The notes beneath the pieces are model-generated. The model had not been told where the DNA came from, did not search any database, and saw only the letters and a program-made list of their open reading frames with translations. Below are positions 10,360-21,169 of a stretch of DNA of 64,000 nucleotides, piece by piece (the stretch's first letter is position 1; each line of letters opens with the position of its first letter). The translations under genes and the position numbers were made by a program. Source of the DNA: a virus; IMG/VR virus record IMGVR_UViG_3300009768_000008, positions 905 through 64,904 of that record; one strand, written 5' to 3'.

Positions 10360-11061
10360 TTAGCTATTTCTTTGTCCGTTTTGAGTTTCTCTCTGATACT
10401 GGTTCATGCTCTCTATGTCACCGGCAAGGATAGCAGCCGCTTCATCTATAAGGATCTCAGTCACGTCATCTTTAAACTCACAGGTCACATCTGTTTGAGA
10501 TACATTACCGGTTGCAGGATCTACACAGTTTCTGAACTGCACCACACGTGGTTTTCTGTAGTAAACCAGATCAACCTGGGTAACTGAAAACTTACCGTTT
10601 GTATATACTCTCACAGTGTTTCCAACAAGAGTGCTCAGTGTTTCGGCCCAGTCAAAACTGGGTGCCTTGGTTTCAGTTGTAAGCAGGATACCTATGTTGG
10701 CTTCCTCTGCTTCATAGACCGTCATCCGTCTTGCAGGACAACAGTCATTCTTGGCCATTGCGTCTACCCGTACATAGTACAGGTAGTTATCCGGTAAATC
10801 ACTTTCTACGTAGAGATCTTTATTTCTCACAGTCATCTTCTCAGCGGTCGTCATCAGAACTCTCAGATCATCTGTCAGACCGGTCGACTGTTCTGTACCC
10901 TCTCTACGAGTATTGAGACCGTAGATCTGTCTCCTAGTCCACTCAAGTTGGGCTTTGTTAAACGCCTCCTGAACCATCCAACATTCGATGTTATCATAGT
11001 CCATAGAAGCCAGCTTGTTAAGCCGCTGCTTGATCTTGATCTGTAAGAGAGCGTTTGTCAT
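10360..11061 (-). CDS. hypothetical structural protein (233 aa); possible head-tail adaptor
   Basis: ORF track; 2-nt spacing to neighbours. Confidence 0.45.
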   Translation of the reverse strand: MTNALLQIKIKQRLNKLASMDYDNIECWMVQEAFNKAQLEWTRRQIYGLNTRREGTEQSTGLTDDLRVLMTTAEKMTVRNKDLYVESDLPDNYLYYVRVDAMAKNDCCPARRMTVYEAEEANIGILLTTETKAPSFDWAETLSTLVGNTVRVYTNGKFSVTQVDLVYYRKPRVVQFRNCVDPATGNVSQTDVTCEFKDDVTEILIDEAAAILAGDIESMNQYQRETQNGQRNS

Positions 11062-11066
11062 AGTTT

Positions 11067-12080
11067 TTACTGGTTCCAGTATTTTTCGACCGCTTTAGTC
11101 AGATCAATCAGGATCTCTTCGTTCAGCGGGTTTCTTAAAAACTCAGCTACATCTGTAGGAGTTCTGCCCATCATGGTACCAGTTTTCATATGGTAGATGA
11201 AGCCATCTGCTTTGGGAGAGATGAACTTGAAGTAGCCGGCATCTTTTACGATAGCCCGGATCTTCAGGCTCTCCATATCCAGGTTAGCTGCATCCAGGAA
11301 ACGCTGGGCTGTCTTACGCTTATCTTTATCTACCAGATCACCGTTGATGAACTTATCCATGTTGTCATAGATAATATCGTTCGGTGTAGTCTTCTTATAC
11401 TGTGCACTGTTCGGGTCAAGAACTTTAGCTACATACATGAGCTTGTTCTGATTCTTGTCATAGAGCTTCTGCAGTTCGGCCAGGGCCTTGTTGCGGATCT
11501 TCTTAACTTCTGTCTTGATAGAAGCTGTTTCTTCCAGCTTATCCAGATAGAACTTAGGAGGTACCGGCATTCTGCGGGCTTCTTCCAGGCTACGAGCAAT
11601 GATTGAGAAACCACCTGCTTCGATAGCGTAGAGTCTGATCAGATCATAAGGATCTTTGTCAGGTTCCAGATAAACTGGTTCATTACCACAACGGATCTTG
11701 ATCTTATCCCAGAACTCGTCATTATTAGGCTTCAGCAGTTTTACTTTGTTCCAGAACTCGGGATCATCTGCAGAGACCACATTGGCTGCAAGACTCTTCT
11801 CCAGTTCTGCCACGATTGTCCGAATCTGTTTGATCTTTGCTTCCTGGTCTTCCGGAGAAAGACTCTTAACTTCCGGAGCAAATTCGTTAAGCCCTGTTAC
11901 GTATCTTTTAATACCGTTGATCTCCAGACAAGAGATCGGTTCTTCGTAAAAGGCCCCGTCAAAAAGACTCAGTCCGTATTTCTCAAGACCCATGTTGGAT
12001 ACCATGGGATCGAAGTAGGGACGGATAGCAATAGAGCTACGTTTGTTCTGCGGATAAGCCTCCACAATAGTTACGCTCAT
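11067..12080 (-). CDS. hypothetical structural protein (337 aa)
   Basis: ORF track. Confidence 0.45.
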   Translation of the reverse strand: MSVTIVEAYPQNKRSSIAIRPYFDPMVSNMGLEKYGLSLFDGAFYEEPISCLEINGIKRYVTGLNEFAPEVKSLSPEDQEAKIKQIRTIVAELEKSLAANVVSADDPEFWNKVKLLKPNNDEFWDKIKIRCGNEPVYLEPDKDPYDLIRLYAIEAGGFSIIARSLEEARRMPVPPKFYLDKLEETASIKTEVKKIRNKALAELQKLYDKNQNKLMYVAKVLDPNSAQYKKTTPNDIIYDNMDKFINGDLVDKDKRKTAQRFLDAANLDMESLKIRAIVKDAGYFKFISPKADGFIYHMKTGTMMGRTPTDVAEFLRNPLNEEILIDLTKAVEKYWNQ

Positions 12081-12427
12081 GATTTGGTTTTTTGGTTTTT
12101 ATAATAAGCAACCTGATATCAGGTATGTCTTAATCTTGGTACCTGGGAAGAGTTACGAGCTCTTCGTGGACGCATCCCCAGGCTACTAAACAGGTTTTCC
12201 TCCTGTAAACTCCTTTCACGATCATGACTTCGTTACTCATCCCGTCATTGAGGGACCGGTAAAAACCGGGAGGGGGTACTAAATGACTCAAAGTGGTGCG
12301 GGTGTTTTCCGGTAAACCGGTGGCCATTAATCCCGTTCTGAGTACTGTTCTTTTTTAACTTAGCAGCCTTTCTTGCCGCCTTTCTTACCGCCTTTACCTT
12401 TCATGGTGTTTGGTTTTGAGCTAACTA

Positions 12428-12452
12428 CCCGGGGAGATTGCTCCCCCCGGGG
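12428..12452. other. GC-rich hairpin cccGGGGAG-attg-CTCCCCccgggg downstream of the capsid gene
   Basis: 6-bp plus 3-bp stem read directly; no U tract. Confidence 0.5.
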
Positions 12453-12474
12453 ATAGCAGGTTTATAGGATTGGA

Positions 12475-14094
12475 TTAGAAAGAACCACCAGTGATCGGGT
12501 TCCTCATCACGATCTTCAGCACTTTTGTCGGGTCTTTTACCCAGATTGCCGGCATGGTCTGAGTCATGAACACGCGGTAACCGTTGAAGTTACCAGAGCT
12601 TTGGAAGCCTTGTGTACGACCCATGTAGTCCATAGTACCGTTCTGGTAGAACCACTTCAGTTGATTGTCCCAAGACAGCTTCAGAAGGAAGATGTTGTCG
12701 TTGGTGTTATCAGTGATGTCGAAGATGATGAAGTTGTAGCTAGACAGCGGGAAACCGTCGATGATCGGGTTCTCGATGTCATTTGTGTGTACGTTGTCGA
12801 ACGCAGGGTTCAGGACAAACTTCACGTTAGCTAAGAACGGAATAACGTACTGAGTGTAAGCGAAACCGAAGTTCAGGTCCATACCCTTACCAGTGATAGC
12901 TCCGATTTCAGAAGCGTTGATCACCAGACCAGAGTTGATAGCCTCACGTTTGATGGCTTCGTTTACCAGGCGCATACCACCCATACCGGTCTGAACGATA
13001 AGCTGACGCTTAGGATCCGGACCTTGGAACTCAACCTTACCGTTGAAGAAGTTGAAGATCTCACTCTTGAACAGATCCAGGTTGAAGGAACCTTTGTTGT
13101 AGATGCGTTTGAAGCTGTTATCCAGCTGTTTCCACAGACCCACAGAAAGGCGGATATCGTCCGGACCGTCTTGCTTAACCTTACCACCTTGACCCCACAT
13201 TAGGTAAGTCTCGATGTCGTTAGCAATCTTAGTCAGGTGAGCAGCTTCCAGGGTTGTAAGGAAGGAGCGAGACAGTTGACCAGATTGATAAGCTTTCTTC
13301 ACGTAGTCCTTACCCATCTTGGCAGCCATGTCTTCCAGGTTGGTAATAGAAGGATCTACAGTCTTATCGAAGTTTCTCCACAGCTCGATTACCGGTACAG
13401 TACCGTCGGCTTTCATACCACCTTTCAGCATCAGGTCAGCGCGACTGGAGATGCTGTAGTGTACGTGAGCTTCTGCACCACCAACGTAGTTGTAGAACTC
13501 ACGGAAACCTGCAGACACATTACCGATATCAGAGAAACGTTCACCGTACTCACCGCGGGCAGAACCCTTACGGAATACTTTGGTACCAACACGCAGGTAC
13601 TTGTTATCCAGGTACTTAGCGTTGTCGTTGTTTACCAGTTGCACAGTGTAGATGAAACCATCACCAGCAGGGATGATATCATCTTGAGTGATATACATCT
13701 CAACACCGTTGTACTTGTCGTAGGTGATGATATCACCATGACCAAAGGAACGTTTGTTGATCTTGATCTTGAAGGTCTGGCCGTCAACACCTTTTGTAGT
13801 GTTTGAAGACTCAATATCCTCCACGATGTAAGGAAGGTCCTGGGCTACAGGTACCTGCCACTTATACTCACCTCTGGAGTTATCTACAGAGATAACATTC
13901 TTACCACCGAAAGAGGACATCTGGTACAGAGGCATTTCTACCTTTTGTGCCATAGCCCACAGGTCAACAGGTCCGAGATCAGTCGGCTCTGCTGATTTCA
14001 GCAGGTTAGAGAGGTGGTATGAGTCTACGTGTGAGCTAGTTTGATAGCTGGTATCCCGTAGAAATATACCATTGTTTAAAACAGGGGTTGCCAT
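12475..14094 (-). CDS. putative major capsid protein (539 aa)
   Basis: Immediately downstream of an acidic scaffold-like gene, in the canonical order terminase, portal, scaffold, capsid. Followed by a GC hairpin. Confidence 0.5.
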   Translation of the reverse strand: MATPVLNNGIFLRDTSYQTSSHVDSYHLSNLLKSAEPTDLGPVDLWAMAQKVEMPLYQMSSFGGKNVISVDNSRGEYKWQVPVAQDLPYIVEDIESSNTTKGVDGQTFKIKINKRSFGHGDIITYDKYNGVEMYITQDDIIPAGDGFIYTVQLVNNDNAKYLDNKYLRVGTKVFRKGSARGEYGERFSDIGNVSAGFREFYNYVGGAEAHVHYSISSRADLMLKGGMKADGTVPVIELWRNFDKTVDPSITNLEDMAAKMGKDYVKKAYQSGQLSRSFLTTLEAAHLTKIANDIETYLMWGQGGKVKQDGPDDIRLSVGLWKQLDNSFKRIYNKGSFNLDLFKSEIFNFFNGKVEFQGPDPKRQLIVQTGMGGMRLVNEAIKREAINSGLVINASEIGAITGKGMDLNFGFAYTQYVIPFLANVKFVLNPAFDNVHTNDIENPIIDGFPLSSYNFIIFDITDNTNDNIFLLKLSWDNQLKWFYQNGTMDYMGRTQGFQSSGNFNGYRVFMTQTMPAIWVKDPTKVLKIVMRNPITGGSF

Positions 14095-14125
14095 AGGGCA
14101 TCGGATTTAAGGGTTATTGTAAAAG

Positions 14126-15394
14126 TTACCTTTTGAATATGTTAGTAGGTCTTGCGATCTTTCTTGAACTTGGTTCGTCATCATCCTGTTGAGAAGCAGC
14201 AGTCTTACGTGATTGTTCAGTTTTCAGAAGACGAACTGTTTGTTCTATTTTTTGGTTCCCGCCTTGTTTCTGAAGCTGACCACGGTATCCTTCAGGATCA
14301 CTCAGCAGCCACAGAGCTTCTGCGATAAGGCTGTAGTTGGGTTCTACGAACTGGTATTTCTCGAGCAGGTGACCCAGCAGGTTTGTCTGGCGTCCACTGA
14401 TAGAGGGGTAATTAGGCTGGGTTAAACCGGAGTATAGTTGAGCCTGGGTTTTCTTGTCCAGTTTCAGACCGTTGATCTCTGCCGGCCGAAGGGCTTCAAA
14501 CACGTTTTGTTGGTAAGCCTGAGCAGCCTGTTTCTGTTGTTCTTTCCGGGCCTCCTGTTCAGCAAGCTGATTCTGCACGATTTCTTCCTGCATCTGGTCA
14601 AGCTTCGGCTTGAACTGTTTGGCTTTCTTTTCCAGAACACCCAGATCTTTCCAGGTAGTAAGCTCTTCTTCAATCTCTTCTGCAGTACCAAACTTGGTAG
14701 CTTGCAGGTAGTTCCGGATGATCACCTCCTGGTCATTGTCTTTGGTAGGATCCAGTTCACGAACCTCTTCTACCTGAGCCAGGGCTTTGAACAGTCCTTT
14801 GATGTCTTGTCCACCATCTGCTACATACTTTGCAGCATACTGGAGTTCTTGAGGAAGGCTATCAAAAAACTCTTGAGGTGTTTTAGCAGCCACCTCCTGC
14901 TTCATATTGTCTACGTTAGCTTGCCACAGCTCATCAATATCTTTTTCAGAAAGAGAGCCCAGATATTCGTCCAGTGTTTGTTTTGATTCATCATAGTCAT
15001 CAAAGGCAAACATCTCTTTGGACTCAATCCTTTTCTTCAGGAATCCTACGAGTGCGTTCTTATCGGTCTTAGGACGACCACCTTTTTTCTGTTCACCTTC
15101 CTGGTTCTCGTCGATCTCGTCAAGAAATTCTGTAGACGTTTCACGGGAAACTGCACCTTTAGAAGTATCAGTTTTCTCCACTTTCTTTTCAGGATCGTCT
15201 TCAACCTCTTCTTCATCTTCTTTATCCAGAAAGCTCATGTCAGCTGTCTTGGTAGTAAAGATGCTCGGTTTAGCCTTGTTGGGGTCACCGGTTGGAGTAA
15301 TAATACTATCAGCTCCAGGGGCAGCTCCAAAGATCTCATTCAGATCGACGTCCACTTGTTGTACAGAAGTTTGTACAGCGGGTTGGTTTTCCAT
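14126..15394 (-). CDS. putative scaffolding protein (422 aa; E/K/D/Q-rich, predicted coiled coil)
   Basis: Highly charged, acidic composition; position between portal and capsid. Confidence 0.5.
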   Translation of the reverse strand: MENQPAVQTSVQQVDVDLNEIFGAAPGADSIITPTGDPNKAKPSIFTTKTADMSFLDKEDEEEVEDDPEKKVEKTDTSKGAVSRETSTEFLDEIDENQEGEQKKGGRPKTDKNALVGFLKKRIESKEMFAFDDYDESKQTLDEYLGSLSEKDIDELWQANVDNMKQEVAAKTPQEFFDSLPQELQYAAKYVADGGQDIKGLFKALAQVEEVRELDPTKDNDQEVIIRNYLQATKFGTAEEIEEELTTWKDLGVLEKKAKQFKPKLDQMQEEIVQNQLAEQEARKEQQKQAAQAYQQNVFEALRPAEINGLKLDKKTQAQLYSGLTQPNYPSISGRQTNLLGHLLEKYQFVEPNYSLIAEALWLLSDPEGYRGQLQKQGGNQKIEQTVRLLKTEQSRKTAASQQDDDEPSSRKIARPTNIFKR

Positions 15395-15512
15395 AACTTA
15401 ACTTGGTTTTTTGTTGTATTCTTCTACAATAAAAATATACAACTTTAAACCTTATCAAGTTACTTTTTGTAGAACTTAGGGGGCTGATGTCCGTATAATA
15501 GGGCTATAGTTC

Positions 15513-18266
15513 TTAACTCTTTTTGGATTTAGGCTTCTCTCCTACTACCGGATTCTGAAGTTTTGTCTTTTCTATCTGAAGTCTTTTATCAGCAATCTCT
15601 TTATTGGCTTGAATCTTCTCACGTTCCAGGTTCATCTTTTGCTGGTTACTCATGTTCTTGTTAACCTCCTGCTCACGCTTGAAGTTCATCTGCTCACGAT
15701 AGTTATCCTGCTCCTGGATCTTTTCCAGGGCATCCTGATAATCACTCTGAGCGTTCTGGTTAAGATCTACAGCAGCCCCGTAGCCGGCAGAACGGATCTC
15801 AGCTACAGTGATGTCCTTCTTGATCATCTTATCGTCACGATTAGCCATAAACTCGCGTTCTGCAGCCTTATCACGTTCCTGAGAAGCAATCAGTTGCTGC
15901 TGCAGTTCTTGTTGATGCTGCTGATCAGCCAGTCTGATGGCGTTAGTCTTCTCTTCAGAAGTCTTCAGGGCATGGTTGATCTCAGCCAGAGAGTCAGCCT
16001 TGATGATGTTACCCAGATCATAGATGGAAGCACCGGCTGTATTGTTGTTCAGAGCCAGCTGTTTAAGCTGCTCCATGATGTTCCGGGAGTTTACCCTGGT
16101 AGTACAGAAGATGTTCAGATCGCGTAAAAGAAGACTTGTACCATTAATCTGGAAGTTGACCTTCTCATCGGACTGAGTAATGTACTGAAGACGGATAGAG
16201 GGCTTCTTAGAATGGTAGTACTGGGCCAGGTCGGTCCTCATCTGGTGAACCCGCGGCATTAGGTAGTCAGAGTGCTGAGTAAACAGGTGTTCTGTCTGAG
16301 CATAGGAGGCTGATTGAGCCATCTCAAGACCTTTTGCAGAATCCTGTACTCCAAGCTGCTGACCCATCCGCTGGGGGTTCAGACCAATGACCTCAAAGGC
16401 CTGGTTCTTAAAGTAGGTAGCCAGGTTAATACGGGAAAGCAGACGGTTTGTCTGTTCCAGGTTTAGTACCTGGTAGTGTTGGAAGGAAAGGGCGTTCTCA
16501 GTGTTTGTAATCGTACTGTCCAGGGGCAGCATCTGGAAGTTCTTCATAGCCACATAGGCTTTGGCCAGATTATTTTTACCCCAGTCTTCTCCCATAGAGT
16601 GACGAGGTAAAGCGTTCTGGTCCAAAAGAATAACCGTACCAAGCTCATCTACAAGGATGTCAGCTATCTGGTTATTCACTATGTTGTAGCCTATCTGGTA
16701 TGGCTTCATCAGATCGACCAGTGAAATACTGCGGGTGTTACGATCACCGAATACAGCACCTTCCACTGGGAGTTTGCAGCCATAGAGAGTACTATCTCCT
16801 TTAAACTGGAAAGGAATAGGGCCCGGTTTACCACCGTTCAGTCCGAGATAGATCGGATTGATACCACCAGGGTTATTCATACCCCAGAAACTTGGCCTAT
16901 TAGGACCAATCTTGATACCACCATAGGTCTCGTTAATCCAGATCCAGTCAATATGTTCACCAAAGATCAGGTTGTCCTTACTCTTCTGTTTGTATAATGC
17001 AGTGTTATAGAGAGGTTTATCTGTAACTTTGTAGGTCTCATCTACAATATCCTGAATAAGTTCTCCTTCTTCAGTGATCTTGGTAAGGTGTCCTACCTTC
17101 CGCTGACTTTTCCAGTAAGCAGTGGTTACCCTTAAAAGGTGCTGCTTTCCGAAGTCCTGAGTATCTTCTGAGTCGGCCAGGATCCACTCTACAATGTCCC
17201 CGGTACCAAACTTAGTATCATAGAGACTCATGAACTGACGGTAAGCCAGGGAGGGCATCTGAGTATTCCACTCATGAGATCTTGTAGGATCATAGTAGGT
17301 ACCATCATTCTGATATCCTTGTACAGCATAGCCGGCAGATCTTACCGGATAGATAGTCTCGATGGCTTCCAGTTGCTCCTGGGTCATCATCCAGCCATAC
17401 TTGTCAATGATATCAGCAGCACTGGCCAGGTCAATCTTACCTACCCAGGAACCCTGGGAAATATACCTGGTATCCGGTGATTTATGGTAGAAAGTCAGTA
17501 GAGGATTCCATAACTCAATTTCATAGTCATCCTCCATCATCCGGAAGTGCCAGAACTCACGGTCGGTGATCAACATGTCACGGAAACCGCGTTCTTCCAG
17601 CTCATCCATACGGAAACGTTCCTCATCAACGCGTTTTTGGTGAGCAGCCCACTCTTCGATCATACTACGATAATCCTTCTTGAAAAAACCCTCAATCTCC
17701 GGGAGCTTCTTGAGGTTATCTGGTTGCATGGCGGTTTGAGCCTCCTCACTGTCCAGTTCAAGGCCTTGGGACATCATCTGAAGCGTCATCTTACGTTGAG
17801 CGTTTTGAAGTAAAACCTGCTCGATCTGAGCACGTTTCTCTTCAAGCATCTCGTTGTAAGATAGGTCATCTACCGCCCGGAACATGATCTTTGAGGTTCT
17901 CTGGGCAAACTCGTTACACAGAACGTTGATTACGTTCGGAATGATCGGATAAAACTTGAGCTCTAACGCTGATGAGTCCTCTTTGGTAAGAGTTTCGATT
18001 AGGTCAGCCATCTCGTTGTCTTCCTCAACTATGTAGTCAGATTTATCAATAATCCCTTTGGCCAGCTTGTAGTTCTTCATGAGTCTGCGAGCATTACGTC
18101 TCAGCATCTTCATACCCTGCCACTCGAGCCAGTCAAGGTTCCATGCACGCCACTCATCATCCTTTTCCTTTGCAGGAAGGAACTGGATAGGTTGGGTCAG
18201 AGTACCCATCTTGTTGTACTCAACCTTCTTTCCGGCTTTTAGGTCAAGGGCGTTATATATTTGCAT
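15513..18266 (-). CDS. putative portal protein (917 aa) with a charged C-terminal coiled-coil extension
   Basis: Large ORF adjacent to the terminase; C-terminal KEQE-rich tail. Confidence 0.5.
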   Translation of the reverse strand: MQIYNALDLKAGKKVEYNKMGTLTQPIQFLPAKEKDDEWRAWNLDWLEWQGMKMLRRNARRLMKNYKLAKGIIDKSDYIVEEDNEMADLIETLTKEDSSALELKFYPIIPNVINVLCNEFAQRTSKIMFRAVDDLSYNEMLEEKRAQIEQVLLQNAQRKMTLQMMSQGLELDSEEAQTAMQPDNLKKLPEIEGFFKKDYRSMIEEWAAHQKRVDEERFRMDELEERGFRDMLITDREFWHFRMMEDDYEIELWNPLLTFYHKSPDTRYISQGSWVGKIDLASAADIIDKYGWMMTQEQLEAIETIYPVRSAGYAVQGYQNDGTYYDPTRSHEWNTQMPSLAYRQFMSLYDTKFGTGDIVEWILADSEDTQDFGKQHLLRVTTAYWKSQRKVGHLTKITEEGELIQDIVDETYKVTDKPLYNTALYKQKSKDNLIFGEHIDWIWINETYGGIKIGPNRPSFWGMNNPGGINPIYLGLNGGKPGPIPFQFKGDSTLYGCKLPVEGAVFGDRNTRSISLVDLMKPYQIGYNIVNNQIADILVDELGTVILLDQNALPRHSMGEDWGKNNLAKAYVAMKNFQMLPLDSTITNTENALSFQHYQVLNLEQTNRLLSRINLATYFKNQAFEVIGLNPQRMGQQLGVQDSAKGLEMAQSASYAQTEHLFTQHSDYLMPRVHQMRTDLAQYYHSKKPSIRLQYITQSDEKVNFQINGTSLLLRDLNIFCTTRVNSRNIMEQLKQLALNNNTAGASIYDLGNIIKADSLAEINHALKTSEEKTNAIRLADQQHQQELQQQLIASQERDKAAEREFMANRDDKMIKKDITVAEIRSAGYGAAVDLNQNAQSDYQDALEKIQEQDNYREQMNFKREQEVNKNMSNQQKMNLEREKIQANKEIADKRLQIEKTKLQNPVVGEKPKSKKS

Positions 18267-18271
18267 GGTTC

Positions 18272-18577
18272 TTAGTTATTTGTATACAGAGAGGGTGTAG
18301 GATGATCAGACCCCTGAGCTGTTAGTGAGCTTAAAGCTTGAACATTGTTACTATACAGAATACCACTATCTCTGGGCTGCCAGGGAGCAGTTGTAGGAGT
18401 ATTCCACGGATGATTAGGAGCAGCCGTACCTGGTATATTGATCGGCAGAAGAGGTTTGATACCCAGTGATTCTTCTTCTTTTAACAGCAGAATAGCTTCT
18501 TCCAGAGTAAGGGAGCTTTCTTTGATCAAACGAGAAAGTATAGCTACTTTCTGGGAATGTAATGTACTGTTTTCCAT
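18272..18577 (-). CDS. hypothetical protein (101 aa)
   Basis: ORF track; stop overlaps the portal start region. Confidence 0.35.
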   Translation of the reverse strand: MENSTLHSQKVAILSRLIKESSLTLEEAILLLKEEESLGIKPLLPINIPGTAAPNHPWNTPTTAPWQPRDSGILYSNNVQALSSLTAQGSDHPTPSLYTNN

Positions 18578-20775
18578 TATCTTAGGTTTTTAAAGGGTGT
18601 TCTGGGTGGTGTCATACTTTTGGAACCCCCTTCTGATGACCCAATATGTCTAAAAGGTCTCCAATTTAATTTACTGATTTTTTGGGAGTTCTCCAACTTT
18701 TGTTCCACTCGTTCTACACGTTTGGTGTATCCACGGTTGGCTTGTTGAACCTTGGCAAAGGCTATGAGTGCACAGAAAGATACCAGACGGTCCACGTTGA
18801 GTCCATCATAGTAAGCTTTCATCTCTTTGAGCAGCATTGGATCCGGAATACGTTCCACGCCGTAGGTTGTCCTTACAATGGTCCCGTCTTCCTTTGTTTC
18901 GTGGTCCAGTTCTTCCTTGGTAAACTCGATACCGTAGCTTAGGATGTTACCCTTGAATAGGGTCCCTACGTTTTTCCAACCATATTCCTGGAAGACGTTT
19001 CGGTTGGCTCCCAGGTCCTTCAGAAACAGAATCATGTCTTTTGGCACCAGGTACCGCTGTTTCTTTTTAGAGATCATGTACTGGATAAATAAGGCCACGT
19101 TATTCTCCACAACTGTCCAAGCATTATACCACTCGATCATCAACTCTAGGCGTTCATGAGTTTTGTTGATGTCATCAAAACGTCCACACCAGCTAGCCAC
19201 GATCTTATCCCGCTCTATGGTGTTCTCTACTTTACCATCACCATAGTCCTTAATGACTTCAACCGGGTTTTTATAGATGTAGATCGAGCATAGGGAATCT
19301 GAGGTTGTAGTCTTACCTTCTCCTACCGGGTCGACAGACGCGTAGTACATTCCAAAAGGAGGGTCTTTAACCGGTCGTTCGTAGATACAGATGACCCCTT
19401 CTTTGTTTTCCATCTTCTTTGGTACAGGAAACTCCATGATCGGAGTCTTCCTGGAGGGAGAGTCAATGATCTTCCCTTCAGCATTTCTGGAGAGCTCTAG
19501 GTATTCAACAGGGTACTCTTTATCAGCGATCCGTCGTTCTTGTTGTGCAACTAGGTGTGCAGGGAATACGCTTACTTTACGCGTATCAAACGCTTCCTCG
19601 ATGTTTCTGGGGTGCTGAGAAAGCTCTAGCTGGTAAGCTTGAGGGGTAAGATCTCGTTTGGCCTTCTCAAAGTACTTATCCAGGGCCTCTAAGGCTTTTT
19701 CTACCAGAGAGTTTCCAAATTCATCCATGTATGGAGGCATGGACCACTGTTCTGGTATAAAGAGCCCGGTTACTCTGATTGTACCATTCTTGTCTACAAG
19801 ATTGGACTCTACACCATAGAACCCGTTTTCTTCCGGATGCATAATGTATTCTTTCATGGGTTCACACTGATCCAGGTCACCCACGGAACCAGCAGCTATG
19901 AACTGACCGGTAATGATATGACCAGACTTCAGGGCCGGCTTGATATAACCATAGGTCAGGTCCATCTTGGGTGCGATACCGCCCTCTTCATGGAAGAAAT
20001 AAGTTACCGGTCCACCAACGCCATTTGTAGGATCCTTTTCAAAAGAGTAACCAGCAATGGTACTCTTAAGACCCTTATAGGTATCACGGCCATTTATACG
20101 TACTTTGATCTGCTGGTTCCAGGCAAATACCTTATCAGGTTCGGCCGGTCGGTACCAGGCAGTATGCTCGTTCAAGAAGTTTTTGTATTCATCCAGGAAC
20201 TTCCAGGAGCCTTTCTCGTTTATATAGTCTTTCAGTGAGGCACCGATCTTACAGATACTACCGGATTCAAACCAGTAAGTATTGATCAGTTTTGCCATAT
20301 GAAAGTAAGAAGAAGCTATCTGACGCTTCTTTAGGATGATAGCATGTTTGTAGTTCAGCTCAGCCAGATGTTCATACAAGGCCATATGATACTGGGCATC
20401 ACGAACCTTGGCAAAGTCAAACTTCTTTTCTTCCTTGTCATAGATAGGAAGAAAGTTGAGCCACATGTAGTAGTCCCTGGTTATATACCAGGTCTTTGAC
20501 TTGTTCTTTACAATGATGCCGTTTCTGCACTTATTCTTCTGGTCATCCCAGTAGGTCATGAAGTCTTTGCTCTTCAGTGGAGCATTGCAGTAGTAACCCT
20601 GGGTCTGAAACTTACGAGCCTCAGCATTAAAGATCCTGGTTACTTCATCAAACTCATACTTGCCTGGTTCTTTGAATAGAAAGAACAAGAAATCCCGGAA
20701 CTCCTCCCGGGTATTAAAAGTGGTTACGAACCAGTTACCGTTTTCGTAGGTAGGGACTTGTTTAAAGGGGGTCAT
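18577..20775 (-). CDS. terL: putative terminase large subunit (732 aa)
   Basis: Motif GMYYASVDPVGEGKTTTSDSLCSIYIY resembles the first catalytic-Asp strand of the terminase RNase-H-like nuclease domain. Size and position upstream of the portal also fit. Confidence 0.55.
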   Translation of the reverse strand: MTPFKQVPTYENGNWFVTTFNTREEFRDFLFFLFKEPGKYEFDEVTRIFNAEARKFQTQGYYCNAPLKSKDFMTYWDDQKNKCRNGIIVKNKSKTWYITRDYYMWLNFLPIYDKEEKKFDFAKVRDAQYHMALYEHLAELNYKHAIILKKRQIASSYFHMAKLINTYWFESGSICKIGASLKDYINEKGSWKFLDEYKNFLNEHTAWYRPAEPDKVFAWNQQIKVRINGRDTYKGLKSTIAGYSFEKDPTNGVGGPVTYFFHEEGGIAPKMDLTYGYIKPALKSGHIITGQFIAAGSVGDLDQCEPMKEYIMHPEENGFYGVESNLVDKNGTIRVTGLFIPEQWSMPPYMDEFGNSLVEKALEALDKYFEKAKRDLTPQAYQLELSQHPRNIEEAFDTRKVSVFPAHLVAQQERRIADKEYPVEYLELSRNAEGKIIDSPSRKTPIMEFPVPKKMENKEGVICIYERPVKDPPFGMYYASVDPVGEGKTTTSDSLCSIYIYKNPVEVIKDYGDGKVENTIERDKIVASWCGRFDDINKTHERLELMIEWYNAWTVVENNVALFIQYMISKKKQRYLVPKDMILFLKDLGANRNVFQEYGWKNVGTLFKGNILSYGIEFTKEELDHETKEDGTIVRTTYGVERIPDPMLLKEMKAYYDGLNVDRLVSFCALIAFAKVQQANRGYTKRVERVEQKLENSQKISKLNWRPFRHIGSSEGGSKSMTPPRTPFKNLR

Positions 20776-20777
20776 CT

Positions 20778-20999
20778 TTACTTCAGTTTGCTCAGATAGT
20801 CAGGGTCTTTTTCAACCTTGGCTATAAGCGTCTGCAGTGTAGTGATGCTAGATGATCTAATCACGCGTGGGTGGTTAAAGTCACTCCAATACTCATTGTA
20901 ACAGTCCCTGGGAATAGCTGCCCAGCTACCGGTCAAGTAGTTAAAGTGAAATACCCAATCATACAGATGCTCGTTCTGAGTTGTGGTTTCTTTTGCCAT
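20778..20999 (-). CDS. small protein (73 aa); possible small terminase subunit
   Basis: position immediately upstream of terL only. Confidence 0.3.
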   Translation of the reverse strand: MAKETTTQNEHLYDWVFHFNYLTGSWAAIPRDCYNEYWSDFNHPRVIRSSSITTLQTLIAKVEKDPDYLSKLK

Positions 21000-21169
21000 A
21001 GTCTTAGGTTTTTAGCTGTAAGGGGACGGGTCGAACGTCCACGCAGAGATTCAGTATTGGAACGGCATATACGCTTGCAAGCATTAGTGGTCAACCCTTA
21101 CCGTATACCTATTTCTTTATCTGCACCCACGAGACGAGTGGGCGTGTCTGCCAGTTTCACCACCTTACA

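Noticed and set aside
12130-12327. 65-aa ORF in the capsid-downstream gap
   Set aside because: It has no supporting signals, and the region is dominated by hairpins and direct repeats.
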